A stretch of DNA of 64,000 nucleotides from Gammaproteobacteria bacterium (lineage in GTDB: Bacteria > Pseudomonadota > Gammaproteobacteria > Xanthomonadales > SZUA-36): contig JAJRRA010000071.1 of assembly GCA_024279945.1 (NCBI GenBank), positions 2,171 through 66,170 of the forward strand, given 5' to 3'. Made by a program: the position numbers and the translations under genes. This document shows, in pieces, positions 20,478-28,347 of the stretch (positions are counted from its first letter, which is position 1; each line of letters begins with the position of its first letter). The notes under the pieces were generated by a model. That model did not search any database, was not told the origin of the DNA, and saw only the letters and a list, made by a program, of their open reading frames with translations.

Positions 20478-20668
20478 GAAAACCCTCCGTGGGGCCGCTA
20501 CGGGCCGGTGACCTTGAACCAAGTGGTCCAGGTGGGGCGGCTTACGAGGTTTCAGGCTTTTCGCTAAAAGCGAACATGCACACCACACTCAGATCAACCA
20601 CCCCGAGGTCGGTAAATAGGGACAAGGCATCTATCGGTCCCGTTGGCAAACACCACAGAGGGCAAGAC
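20478..20668 (-). ncRNA. ssrS: 6S RNA
   Basis: Located between zapA and ygfA on the same strand, as in E. coli. The closing stem is CCCUCUGUGG (about 20661-20652) with CCACGGAGGG (20492-20483). The 3' half contains CACUUGGUUCAAGGU, resembling E. coli CCUUGAACCAAGGGUUCAAGGGU. The 5' half contains GGUGGUUGA...GCAUG, like E. coli GGUUGGUGAGCAUG. Ends are +/- 10 nt. Confidence 0.7.
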
Positions 20669-20682
20669 TGAGTATATCCTTT

Positions 20683-20979
20683 TCAGTCCCCAAGCGCATC
20701 ATCGAGTTTATCCGCAAGCATACGGATTTTGCTGTCTATCTTTTCTTCCCTGATGTGTTCGTTGCGCTGCAACCTGACGACTTCAGCGCTGAAGTTCAGT
20801 GCCGCCTGGAGTGCGATCCGTTCCAGTGACATCAATCGGCCACCGTCCTTTATCGCAGTCATTGTTTCATCAAGTTGACGTGCAGCCTCAACCAGATCGT
20901 TGCGTTGATCCGGTGTGCAGGCGAACTGGTATTTTTTTTCCAGGATGGTTACAGAGACAGGCTCAGCAGCTTCGCTCAT
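20683..20979 (-). CDS. zapA: cell division protein ZapA
   Basis: 98-aa ORF. VTILEKKYQFACTPDQ...LMSLERIALQAALN is typical of ZapA. Conserved position upstream of ssrS. Confidence 0.85.
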   Translation of the reverse strand: MSEAAEPVSVTILEKKYQFACTPDQRNDLVEAARQLDETMTAIKDGGRLMSLERIALQAALNFSAEVVRLQRNEHIREEKIDSKIRMLADKLDDALGD

Positions 20980-21034
20980 GAGTGTACCGTGCGGGATTTC
21001 CGCCTATTCGTAATCCGGGTGATGCCGACAGGCA

Positions 21035-21256
21035 CTATGATTGTTCCAGCGCCTTTAGTCGGTGGATCATGGCTTCCACTTTCGAGCGTGCTTCCTCATT
21101 TTTTGCAACCAGTCCGGCACGTTCTGCCACCAGTGACTCCTGCCGATTCTGCAATGAGCGATTATCTTCACGCAGTTTTTGAGTTTGTTCCAGCAATAGT
21201 TTCAGTTGCTGCTCGAGTCGTTCCAGGTCTTTTCCTGTCTGATCCAGTGAATCCAT
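21035..21256 (-). CDS. small coiled-coil protein (TIGR02449/ZapB-like)
   Basis: Internal ATG 21256 gives a 73-aa heptad-rich protein MDSLDQTGKDLERLEQQLKLLLEQTQKLREDNRSLQNRQ.... Conserved position upstream of zapA. Confidence 0.55.
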   Translation of the reverse strand: MDSLDQTGKDLERLEQQLKLLLEQTQKLREDNRSLQNRQESLVAERAGLVAKNEEARSKVEAMIHRLKALEQS

Positions 21257-21392
21257 GGCTTCAACTATAGTTTGGTGGGCCAAAAGCGTCAAACATAATG
21301 CTGAAATATATCGACCCGAATGGGATAACACGCTCTGGTTTCTGTAGCAAGGGCTCGGGGGGTGATAATATTCCCCTTTTGGGAGCACCCTG

Positions 21393-21959
21393 ATGTCCGC
21401 ACCGACCCTGCCTGATTTCGAGCATACCATCCAGTTGGGCCGGGGCACTCTGGATACGGCTAGTCTGGCCGAGTGCCATGGTGTGTTGTGTGGTTTGGTG
21501 TGCCGGAAACCGGGAGACTCGGCCAGTGATTTTATGCATCATCTGCTGCAATTGAAACTGTTGGTGAATCCGGATGCAGCCCTGGCGGCCGCATTGACCG
21601 AGGCATTTGAAAGTACGGTTCGGCAACTGGCGGACGAGGACATGAGTTTTGAGCTTTGGCTGCCGGATGATAACGACATATTGGAAGACCGGACCACCGC
21701 ACTGGCGCAGTGGTGTGGGGGATTTCTGGCAGGGCTTGCAACTGGCGGGTCGTTCGACGTTCTGTCTGAGGAAGCCAGGGAAGCCATCGAGGATCTTCAG
21801 CAGATTGCACGAGCAGAATTGACGGTGCCGGAAGACCTGGGCCAGGACAATGAAGAAGATGAAGTCGCATTCACTGAAATTGTCGAGTATGTTCGTATTA
21901 TTACCTTGATGATGTGTGAGGATTTTCGCGGCCCCACCGCCGGGGATCCGATTCATTGA
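21393..21959 (+). CDS. ygfB: UPF0149-family protein YgfB
   Basis: 188-aa acidic ORF with ...ECHGVLCGL... and LAQWCGGFLAGL motifs. Precedes pepP-ubiH-ubiI as in E. coli. Confidence 0.8.
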   Translation: MSAPTLPDFEHTIQLGRGTLDTASLAECHGVLCGLVCRKPGDSASDFMHHLLQLKLLVNPDAALAAALTEAFESTVRQLADEDMSFELWLPDDNDILEDRTTALAQWCGGFLAGLATGGSFDVLSEEAREAIEDLQQIARAELTVPEDLGQDNEEDEVAFTEIVEYVRIITLMMCEDFRGPTAGDPIH

Positions 21960-21982
21960 TTAAGCCGCGGGCTCAGGACACC

Positions 21983-23287
21983 ATGATCAAACAAAAAGAA
22001 TACAGCAGGCGCAGAAGGCAACTGATGCGGATGGCCGGCGAGGACTCCATCATTATTCTGCTGGCTGCACCGGCCCGTATTCGCAACAATGACGCACATT
22101 ATCCCTATCGTCAGGACAGTGATTTTCTGTACCTGACGGGGTTTCGTGAGCACAACGCGATGCTGGTATTAATTCCACAGGGAAAGGATGGGCAGTGCAT
22201 GCTTTTTTGCCGGAATCGTGACCCGGAGCGGGAAATGTGGGATGGCGCCATGGTGGGCCTGGACGCAGCCGTTTCCCAGTACGGGATGGACCAGGCTTTT
22301 GATTTCTCTGAGGTGGAGAAACGACTGCCCGGCCTGTTGCAGGACCGGGACCGCGTTTACTACGATCTGGGCCGGAACCCGCTGTTTGATCAACGTCTGA
22401 TCGGCTGGCTGAACGAATTACGCGGCAAAACCCGCAAGACTTTCCATGCCCCCGAAGAAATTCACTCCCTGGATCACATGTTGCACGACATGCGTGTGTA
22501 CAAGAGCAGGGAAGAACTTTCCGCGATGCGCAGGTCAGCCAGGGTCGCAATTGAAGCCCATGAGCGTGCGATGAAGCTGTGTGCGCCGGGCTTGAACGAG
22601 GCTGATATTCATGCTGAGCTAATGGGCACCTTCATTCGCCATCACTGTGAGGCCTCGTATATTCCGATTGTCGGAGGCGGCGCAAATGGTTGTGTGCTGC
22701 ACTATATTGCCAACCGGGATCCGCTCAGAGATGGCGACATGTTGCTGATTGACGCGGGTGCAGAGTATGACGGCTATGCTTCGGATATCACCCGGACTTT
22801 TCCGGTCAATGGAAAGTTCTCAGCGGAACAGCGAGCTTTATATGAGGTTGTGCTGGCCGCCCAGGCCGCTGCGTGCAAACAGGCTTATGCGGGTAAACAG
22901 TGGCAGGATATGCACGATGCCGCCATCAGGGTAGCGACCGAAGGTATGATCAGCCTGGGTATCCTGGAACACAGTCTGGAACAGGAACTGGAAACAGAAG
23001 GCTACAAGCACTTTTATGTGCATAACACCGGGCACTGGCTGGGCCTGGATGTACATGATGTGGGTGAATACCAAATCGATGGCCACTCGCGGGAATTGGA
23101 ACCGGGTATGGTTATGACGGTAGAACCCGGCATCTACATCCATCCCGAGGAGACCAGTGTGGCCAAATGCTGGAGGGGTGTAGGCATCCGGATAGAAGAC
23201 AACATTGTCATCACCCGGGATGAACCGCGTATTCTTACCGATGACCTGGTTAGGACACCGGATGATATCGAGGCATTGATGGCGTAA
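21983..23287 (+). CDS. pepP: Xaa-Pro aminopeptidase
   Basis: Track start 21956 is TTG. I prefer ATG 21983 (MIKQKEYSRRRRQL). M24B metal-ligand motifs DAGAEYDGYASDITRT, HNTGHWLGLDVHD and VEPGIY. Confidence 0.9.
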   Translation: MIKQKEYSRRRRQLMRMAGEDSIIILLAAPARIRNNDAHYPYRQDSDFLYLTGFREHNAMLVLIPQGKDGQCMLFCRNRDPEREMWDGAMVGLDAAVSQYGMDQAFDFSEVEKRLPGLLQDRDRVYYDLGRNPLFDQRLIGWLNELRGKTRKTFHAPEEIHSLDHMLHDMRVYKSREELSAMRRSARVAIEAHERAMKLCAPGLNEADIHAELMGTFIRHHCEASYIPIVGGGANGCVLHYIANRDPLRDGDMLLIDAGAEYDGYASDITRTFPVNGKFSAEQRALYEVVLAAQAAACKQAYAGKQWQDMHDAAIRVATEGMISLGILEHSLEQELETEGYKHFYVHNTGHWLGLDVHDVGEYQIDGHSRELEPGMVMTVEPGIYIHPEETSVAKCWRGVGIRIEDNIVITRDEPRILTDDLVRTPDDIEALMA

Positions 23288-24555
23288 TGAACTCCGCTAC
23301 TGCACGACAATACGATGTCGCCATTATTGGTGGTGGACTGGTGGGAGCCAGCCTGGCTTGCGCCCTGGCGCCCCTGGGACTCAAAATTGCTCTGGTCGAG
23401 GCCGTGCCGTTCAAAGCATCATCCCAGCCCAGTTACGATGACCGGACTCTCGCACTTAGCGCCAGTTCCTGCCAGATACTGAAGGGGCTGGGCATCTGGC
23501 CGCTAGTGGAAGACAATGCCACGCTGATCCGGGAGATTCATGTGCGCGAACTGGATCGCCCCGGCCGCGTTCTGCTGACACCCGGGGAGTTGGGGCTGGA
23601 CGGGTTTGGGCACGTGGTGGAGGCCAGGGTGTTCGGTGCTGCGGTGATGGGCATTCTTCCGGATATCGAAAACCTGGATATCCTGTGTCCGGCATCAATC
23701 GCTTCGCTGGAGCCTGGTGAAGATGGTGCCCGCATCGTGCTGGAAAAGGACGGTGGGCAGGAGCAGATTGAAACACGCCTGGTCGTGGGTGCCGATGGCG
23801 CCCATTCCTTTATCCGTGAGAGCCTGGGAATAGAGACCGAAACTTACGACTACCGGCAGACCGCCGTTATTTGCAATATCACACCGGAACAGGCCCACCG
23901 GGGACGCGCTTTCGAGGGCTTTACCCCCTCAGGTCCTTTCGCGGTGATGCCGCACGTCCAGGGGCGCTGCGGTTTGATCTGGTGCGTACATACCGATGAT
24001 GCGGCCGCATTACTTGAATTGCCGGATGATAAATTCCTTTTCGGCGCACAGCAGCGCTTTGGCGATGCGCTGGGTGCTTTTGTCAAAGCGGGGCAGCGCA
24101 GCAGCTATCCTTTGCGACTGGTCCGGGCCCGGGAAGACATCCGGCCGGGCGTTGTCATCATGGGTAATGCGGCGCATGCCATTCATCCCGTTGGAGCTCA
24201 GGGTTTCAATCTCGGTCTGCGCGATGCGGCAGTACTGGCTGAAGTGCTGCATGACGAAATATCTACCGGCAGTGAACGGCCCATCGGCAGTATTGAAGTG
24301 CTGAGGCGCTACAGCCGATGGCGGGCGCCGGACCAGCAAGGAACGATCGCTCAATCCGATGGCCTGGCACGCCTGTTCGCCAACCCTTCGCCACTGGCGG
24401 CGGCGGTGAGGACAGCGGGCTTGTTTGCTCATGCTTTGCTGCCGCCCTTACGCCGGCAACTGGCGGTCAAAGCCATGGGGTTCAGGGGCAGGATTCCACG
24501 CCTTGCGCTGGGTGAACCCCTGGGCACCGCAATGCTACGATCAGGCAAGAGTTGA
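23287..24555 (+). CDS. ubiH: 2-octaprenyl-6-methoxyphenol hydroxylase (FAD-dependent ubiquinone hydroxylase)
   Basis: 422-aa ORF. GGGLVG dinucleotide fold and GNAAHAIHPVGAQGFNLGLRD motif. TAATG overlap with pepP. Confidence 0.8.
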   Translation: MNSATARQYDVAIIGGGLVGASLACALAPLGLKIALVEAVPFKASSQPSYDDRTLALSASSCQILKGLGIWPLVEDNATLIREIHVRELDRPGRVLLTPGELGLDGFGHVVEARVFGAAVMGILPDIENLDILCPASIASLEPGEDGARIVLEKDGGQEQIETRLVVGADGAHSFIRESLGIETETYDYRQTAVICNITPEQAHRGRAFEGFTPSGPFAVMPHVQGRCGLIWCVHTDDAAALLELPDDKFLFGAQQRFGDALGAFVKAGQRSSYPLRLVRAREDIRPGVVIMGNAAHAIHPVGAQGFNLGLRDAAVLAEVLHDEISTGSERPIGSIEVLRRYSRWRAPDQQGTIAQSDGLARLFANPSPLAAAVRTAGLFAHALLPPLRRQLAVKAMGFRGRIPRLALGEPLGTAMLRSGKS

Positions 24556-24572
24556 CAGGTTCCAGGTGAAAT

Positions 24573-25817
24573 ATGACAGCTGACAGAACATTTGATGCAT
24601 TGATCGTTGGTGCCGGGATGGTCGGTGCCGCAGCGGCCTGCCTGCTGGCCCGCTGCGGTTTTTCAGTGGCCATCCTGGAAGCTCATGAACCGCAGGCGTT
24701 TGATTCAGCAGCGGCGGTCGGTTTACGGGTCTCTGCTTTTTCGCCCGGAGCGCAGGCTATTCTCACCGAGGCCGGCGCCTGGCGGCAGATTGAGGCACAG
24801 CGTCATTGCCCCTACCGCCGGATGCATGTGGAAGACCGGGACGAGTCGGTCGTAATCGCTTTCAGCGCGCCTGAATTTGGGCTGGAACGACTGGGTACGA
24901 TCATTGAGAACCCGCTCGTACAGTGGTCGCTGTGGCAAACGTTGCAGGCCATGGGGGGTGTGGAAATCATTTGCCCCGATCAGCTTGAAACACTGGAATA
25001 CGTGGACAGTGAGCCGGTGGTCAGGCTGGTCAGCGGTCGCAGCATTCAATGCCGTCTGCTGGTTGGTGCTGACGGCGCGAACTCACAAGTACGCAAGATG
25101 CTCGGCATTGATCAGGACCACTGGGAATACGGCCAGCAGGGGATTGTTTCAGTCATCGAAACCGACAGGCCCAATCCAGGAATTGCCTGGCAGCGATTCA
25201 TGGAAGGCGGACCCCTGGCCTTTCTGCCGCTGCAGGATGGAACGTCTTCCATGGTCTGGTCTCGTCCGGAAGCCGAAGCGCAACGACTGCTGGAACTGGA
25301 TGACGATATTTTTTGTGCTGAATTGGAGCAGGCGGCTGGCGGTACAATTGAACCCTGGCCCGGCCCGATACGCGCCTGTGGGCCACGGGCGGCATTCCCG
25401 TTGACCATGCGGCTCAGCCATTATTATGCCGCTTCCCGTGCGGTTCTGATCGGAGATGCGGCCCATGTAGTCCATCCACTGGCCGGGCAGGGCGTTAACC
25501 TTGGCTTGCTCGATGCGGCCGGTCTGGCGGAAGTGCTGCTTGCTGCCCGCAGTGATCAGGCGGATATTTCCAGTGAAAAAACGCTGCGAAAATTCGAGCG
25601 CTGGCGGCGCTCTGAAGCCGAAGTCATGGCTCGCGGTATCCATCACCTCCGGGGGCTGTTCATGCCCGAAACCCTGGCGCCTCTGCGCCGGCTTGGGCTG
25701 GGTCTGGTCGCGCGAAGCTGGATTGCGAAAGAGGCCTTCATCAAGCGTGCCGCCGGCCAGAACAGCAACGCTCCGGCGCTCGCTCGCGGGGTAGCGCTGA
25801 CCGACTTGCTGCGTTAA
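24573..25817 (+). CDS. ubiI: FAD-dependent ubiquinone biosynthesis hydroxylase UbiI/VisC-like
   Basis: 414-aa ORF. GAGMVG and GDAAHVVHPLAGQGVNLGLLD motifs. Position after ubiH. Confidence 0.75.
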   Translation: MTADRTFDALIVGAGMVGAAAACLLARCGFSVAILEAHEPQAFDSAAAVGLRVSAFSPGAQAILTEAGAWRQIEAQRHCPYRRMHVEDRDESVVIAFSAPEFGLERLGTIIENPLVQWSLWQTLQAMGGVEIICPDQLETLEYVDSEPVVRLVSGRSIQCRLLVGADGANSQVRKMLGIDQDHWEYGQQGIVSVIETDRPNPGIAWQRFMEGGPLAFLPLQDGTSSMVWSRPEAEAQRLLELDDDIFCAELEQAAGGTIEPWPGPIRACGPRAAFPLTMRLSHYYAASRAVLIGDAAHVVHPLAGQGVNLGLLDAAGLAEVLLAARSDQADISSEKTLRKFERWRRSEAEVMARGIHHLRGLFMPETLAPLRRLGLGLVARSWIAKEAFIKRAAGQNSNAPALARGVALTDLLR

Positions 25818-25824
25818 GTGACAT

Positions 25825-25854
25825 GAACACCCGGGGTAAGAACACCCGGGGTCA
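25825..25854. repeat. tandem 15-nt direct repeat GAACACCCGGGGT(AA/CA) x2
   Basis: Read directly between ubiI and the convergent hydrolase gene. The second copy forms the left arm of the adjacent hairpin. Confidence 0.8.
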
Positions 25855-25880
25855 GAGTAAGTTTCTTACTCTGACCCCGG
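25846..25880. terminator. 16-bp perfect hairpin between convergent genes (bidirectional terminator candidate)
   Basis: CCGGGGTCAGAGTAAG-TTT-CTTACTCTGACCCCGG. The right arm overlaps the stop codon and last codons of the alpha/beta hydrolase gene. No long T tract. Confidence 0.55.
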
Positions 25881-26963
25881 CTCTGGAATATGTGGCTTGT
25901 CAGCCTTTGCTAATAAGGCATGGAACGCGCGGTTGAACTCGAGCGGATGGGACAGGAAAGGAACATGACCTGAACCTTTGACTGCGACTTCACGATATGA
26001 GCCACCTTGTCTGGCGTAGTCATCGAGCAAATTTCGAATCTGATCCATCATTGGCTGTGGCGGATATGCTTCCACGCCGGGATAGCCGGGGAGCAAACCT
26101 TTTGAGCCCCAGCTTCCTGGGTCCGATGCGGCACTGTTGGATATCGCTACATCGTTTGTCCCGTAAATCCACAGAACGTCGGCTTTCGGCTCACCGGCCA
26201 GGATTCGCTCAATCAGATTGCCGGTGTATTTCGGGGACAGGGCGTTCATCGGGCCCCATTTACCGGGAGCGACATAAGGCCAGTTGGGGGAAGCAATTTT
26301 GTCTCCCGGAAGACGGGTGTCACCCAGGTGTACCTGGAACATGGCATCGAGAAGGGCATCCTCACGATCCGGAATGAACGGTGGGCCCCAGACCAGCAAG
26401 CGCAATACCGTGCGTGGGCTGAAAGGTGAGTTTGCTGACCGGTCGCCATCCCTCAGGCCCTGGAGCAAATTGGGGTTTATCAGTCCACCACCCGAACCGG
26501 CAAAGTCGCTGTTGGTCGCTGTTCCGCGTGCATCTCTGGTGCCGCCAAATCCATACGGAGACCCCGGCCCGGGAAGTGTCACCGAGCGGAGGCGCCCGGG
26601 TGTATCGGCCATCATCCACCATGCAATAACACCGCCGAGTGAGTTGCCGGCAAGATGGAATCTGTCGTAGCCCAGGTGATCCATGAGTGCGATCGCATCA
26701 TCGACAAAATCGCCCATACCGTTCAAGGCATTAATCCTCACCGCCGGATCTGATTCACCAAAGCCACGTTGATCGGGAGCGATCGCCCTGTACTGCGATG
26801 GCAGTGCCAGCATGGTTTCTTCCCACCACGTAGCGGACGAGAAGTTGCCGTGGATGAATAGCACGGGAACGCCATCTTCGGGGCCGGAGAAAAGTACCCG
26901 CGTGGTTAATCGACCGGTGGTCACGGTTTGCGCTGTCACACCGGGTAAAGTTGGAGTGCTCAT
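25866..26963 (-). CDS. alpha/beta-fold hydrolase
   Basis: 365-aa ORF. HGNFSS oxyanion region, nucleophile elbow GNSLGG and C-terminal GSGHVPF (catalytic His). Confidence 0.8.
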   Translation of the reverse strand: MSTPTLPGVTAQTVTTGRLTTRVLFSGPEDGVPVLFIHGNFSSATWWEETMLALPSQYRAIAPDQRGFGESDPAVRINALNGMGDFVDDAIALMDHLGYDRFHLAGNSLGGVIAWWMMADTPGRLRSVTLPGPGSPYGFGGTRDARGTATNSDFAGSGGGLINPNLLQGLRDGDRSANSPFSPRTVLRLLVWGPPFIPDREDALLDAMFQVHLGDTRLPGDKIASPNWPYVAPGKWGPMNALSPKYTGNLIERILAGEPKADVLWIYGTNDVAISNSAASDPGSWGSKGLLPGYPGVEAYPPQPMMDQIRNLLDDYARQGGSYREVAVKGSGHVPFLSHPLEFNRAFHALLAKADKPHIPEPGSE

Positions 26964-27014
26964 GTTGGATTTTCCCCTGATGCGTACAGTCTCCTGCTGC
27001 GCCGGTCTGACAGA

Positions 27015-28052
27015 CTATTTCGGCGCGCCCCACTGGACTATGGCTCCGGCCCAGATGTAGCCGATACCTGCCGCCAGAATCGCCATGGTATTTCCCGGCT
27101 TGAGGCGGCCCTGTTCGATTCCGGCTTCTATGTTGATGATGGCGTCTTGCTCTCCGATGTGGCCAATGTCGGACATGTAGACGCTCTGCTCCTCGCTAAG
27201 TCCGAGATGTTCAAGCATCTCACGATGGGCCGATGGCTTGACCAGGGACATGTTGAAGAAATCGATATCATCGCGTGTGTACGGCTCCCCGTCACCCTTG
27301 TTGCCGGACTTGCCGAGGGAGACGTCCACACAGGCCAGCCAGTTCTTGATCGAGACTTCTCCAAGGCGCGTTTTCATCGCCACCGGTTCAAGCAGTCTGA
27401 ATTTGAAATCACCACGATTCACCGCATCGTCCGTTGGATGCTGAACCGTTCCGCTTGCCGGTACAATCACGTGGCGGCTCATTGAACCGTCCGCGATAAG
27501 GTGCATGCCGAGCACCTGGTTTTCCGGCCAGTCGCGTTTCACGATCATTGCGCCGGCACCGGCGCCGATATTGAACAGGAATGAGGTGTCTGTGTCTGCA
27601 AAGTCAATGAAATGTGAATTCACATAGCCGCCACCGATAAGAATGGTGTTGATGGACGGATCATCAGCCATCAGACTTTTGGCGAATTTAAGTGCGGCAA
27701 TGGTCGTTGCGCAACGGGTGTGGATGTCGATGCCCCATGCGTTCCTGGCTCCGATTTCCCACGCGAGGTCGATGGCGGTCGTCCACAGTAAGTATTCGCG
27801 CCATTCTTCGGTCGTGCCCAGGACAACGTCAATCTCCAGTGGATCGATGCCTGCTTTTTCAATGGCTTTGCGCGCCGCATGGGCGGCCATTTCATTCGGG
27901 TGTATGTTGGGGTCTGCGATAAACTTGCGTTCAATACCAAGCTTTTCTTTGACTACCCATTCGGGCATTCCACTTTGTTCGGCGATCTCTTCCGCAGTGA
28001 TACTGGTGTCCGGAAAGTACGTGCCGGTTGAGACTATGCCCATGGTTGTCAT
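27015..28052 (-). CDS. KAS III (FabH)-like thiolase-fold enzyme with a divergent active-site region
   Basis: 345-aa ORF. FabH-like N-terminus (GTYFPDTSITAEEIAEQSG), a Cys in HTRCATTIAAL, and His in KPSAH. IGHIGEQDAI stands where FabH has GNTSAAS. Confidence 0.7.
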   Translation of the reverse strand: MTTMGIVSTGTYFPDTSITAEEIAEQSGMPEWVVKEKLGIERKFIADPNIHPNEMAAHAARKAIEKAGIDPLEIDVVLGTTEEWREYLLWTTAIDLAWEIGARNAWGIDIHTRCATTIAALKFAKSLMADDPSINTILIGGGYVNSHFIDFADTDTSFLFNIGAGAGAMIVKRDWPENQVLGMHLIADGSMSRHVIVPASGTVQHPTDDAVNRGDFKFRLLEPVAMKTRLGEVSIKNWLACVDVSLGKSGNKGDGEPYTRDDIDFFNMSLVKPSAHREMLEHLGLSEEQSVYMSDIGHIGEQDAIINIEAGIEQGRLKPGNTMAILAAGIGYIWAGAIVQWGAPK

Positions 28053-28347
28053 GCGGTTTCCTTTGGCTTGCTGTAGTCGGAGCTACGGCTGATCACTGGT
28101 TTCGTGACTCCAAACATGAAACCTGAATCAGGTGTCATGTTACGCCAAGAAGATGTTAACCGCAAGTGGAGACGAGGGACCCGGAACACAGAATACTATA
28201 CCCCTGCCGGCTCTTACAGCGAAGTACCGCCAGCGATGCATGACGGGACAGCTTATTCCGCACAGTTATATCCTGATAGGAAACACTTCGTTCACGCTGG
28301 CAAGACGAATTTATATGCTTTGTTCAACTTAAGCAGAGGTACCCGGC

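Noticed and set aside
19899-20588. Full 229-aa ygfA ORF starting at GTG 20588
   Set aside because: The first 35 or so codons overlap the predicted 6S RNA and encode non-conserved, Cys/Pro/Arg-rich sequence. The conserved cyclo-ligase N-terminus begins around codon 40.
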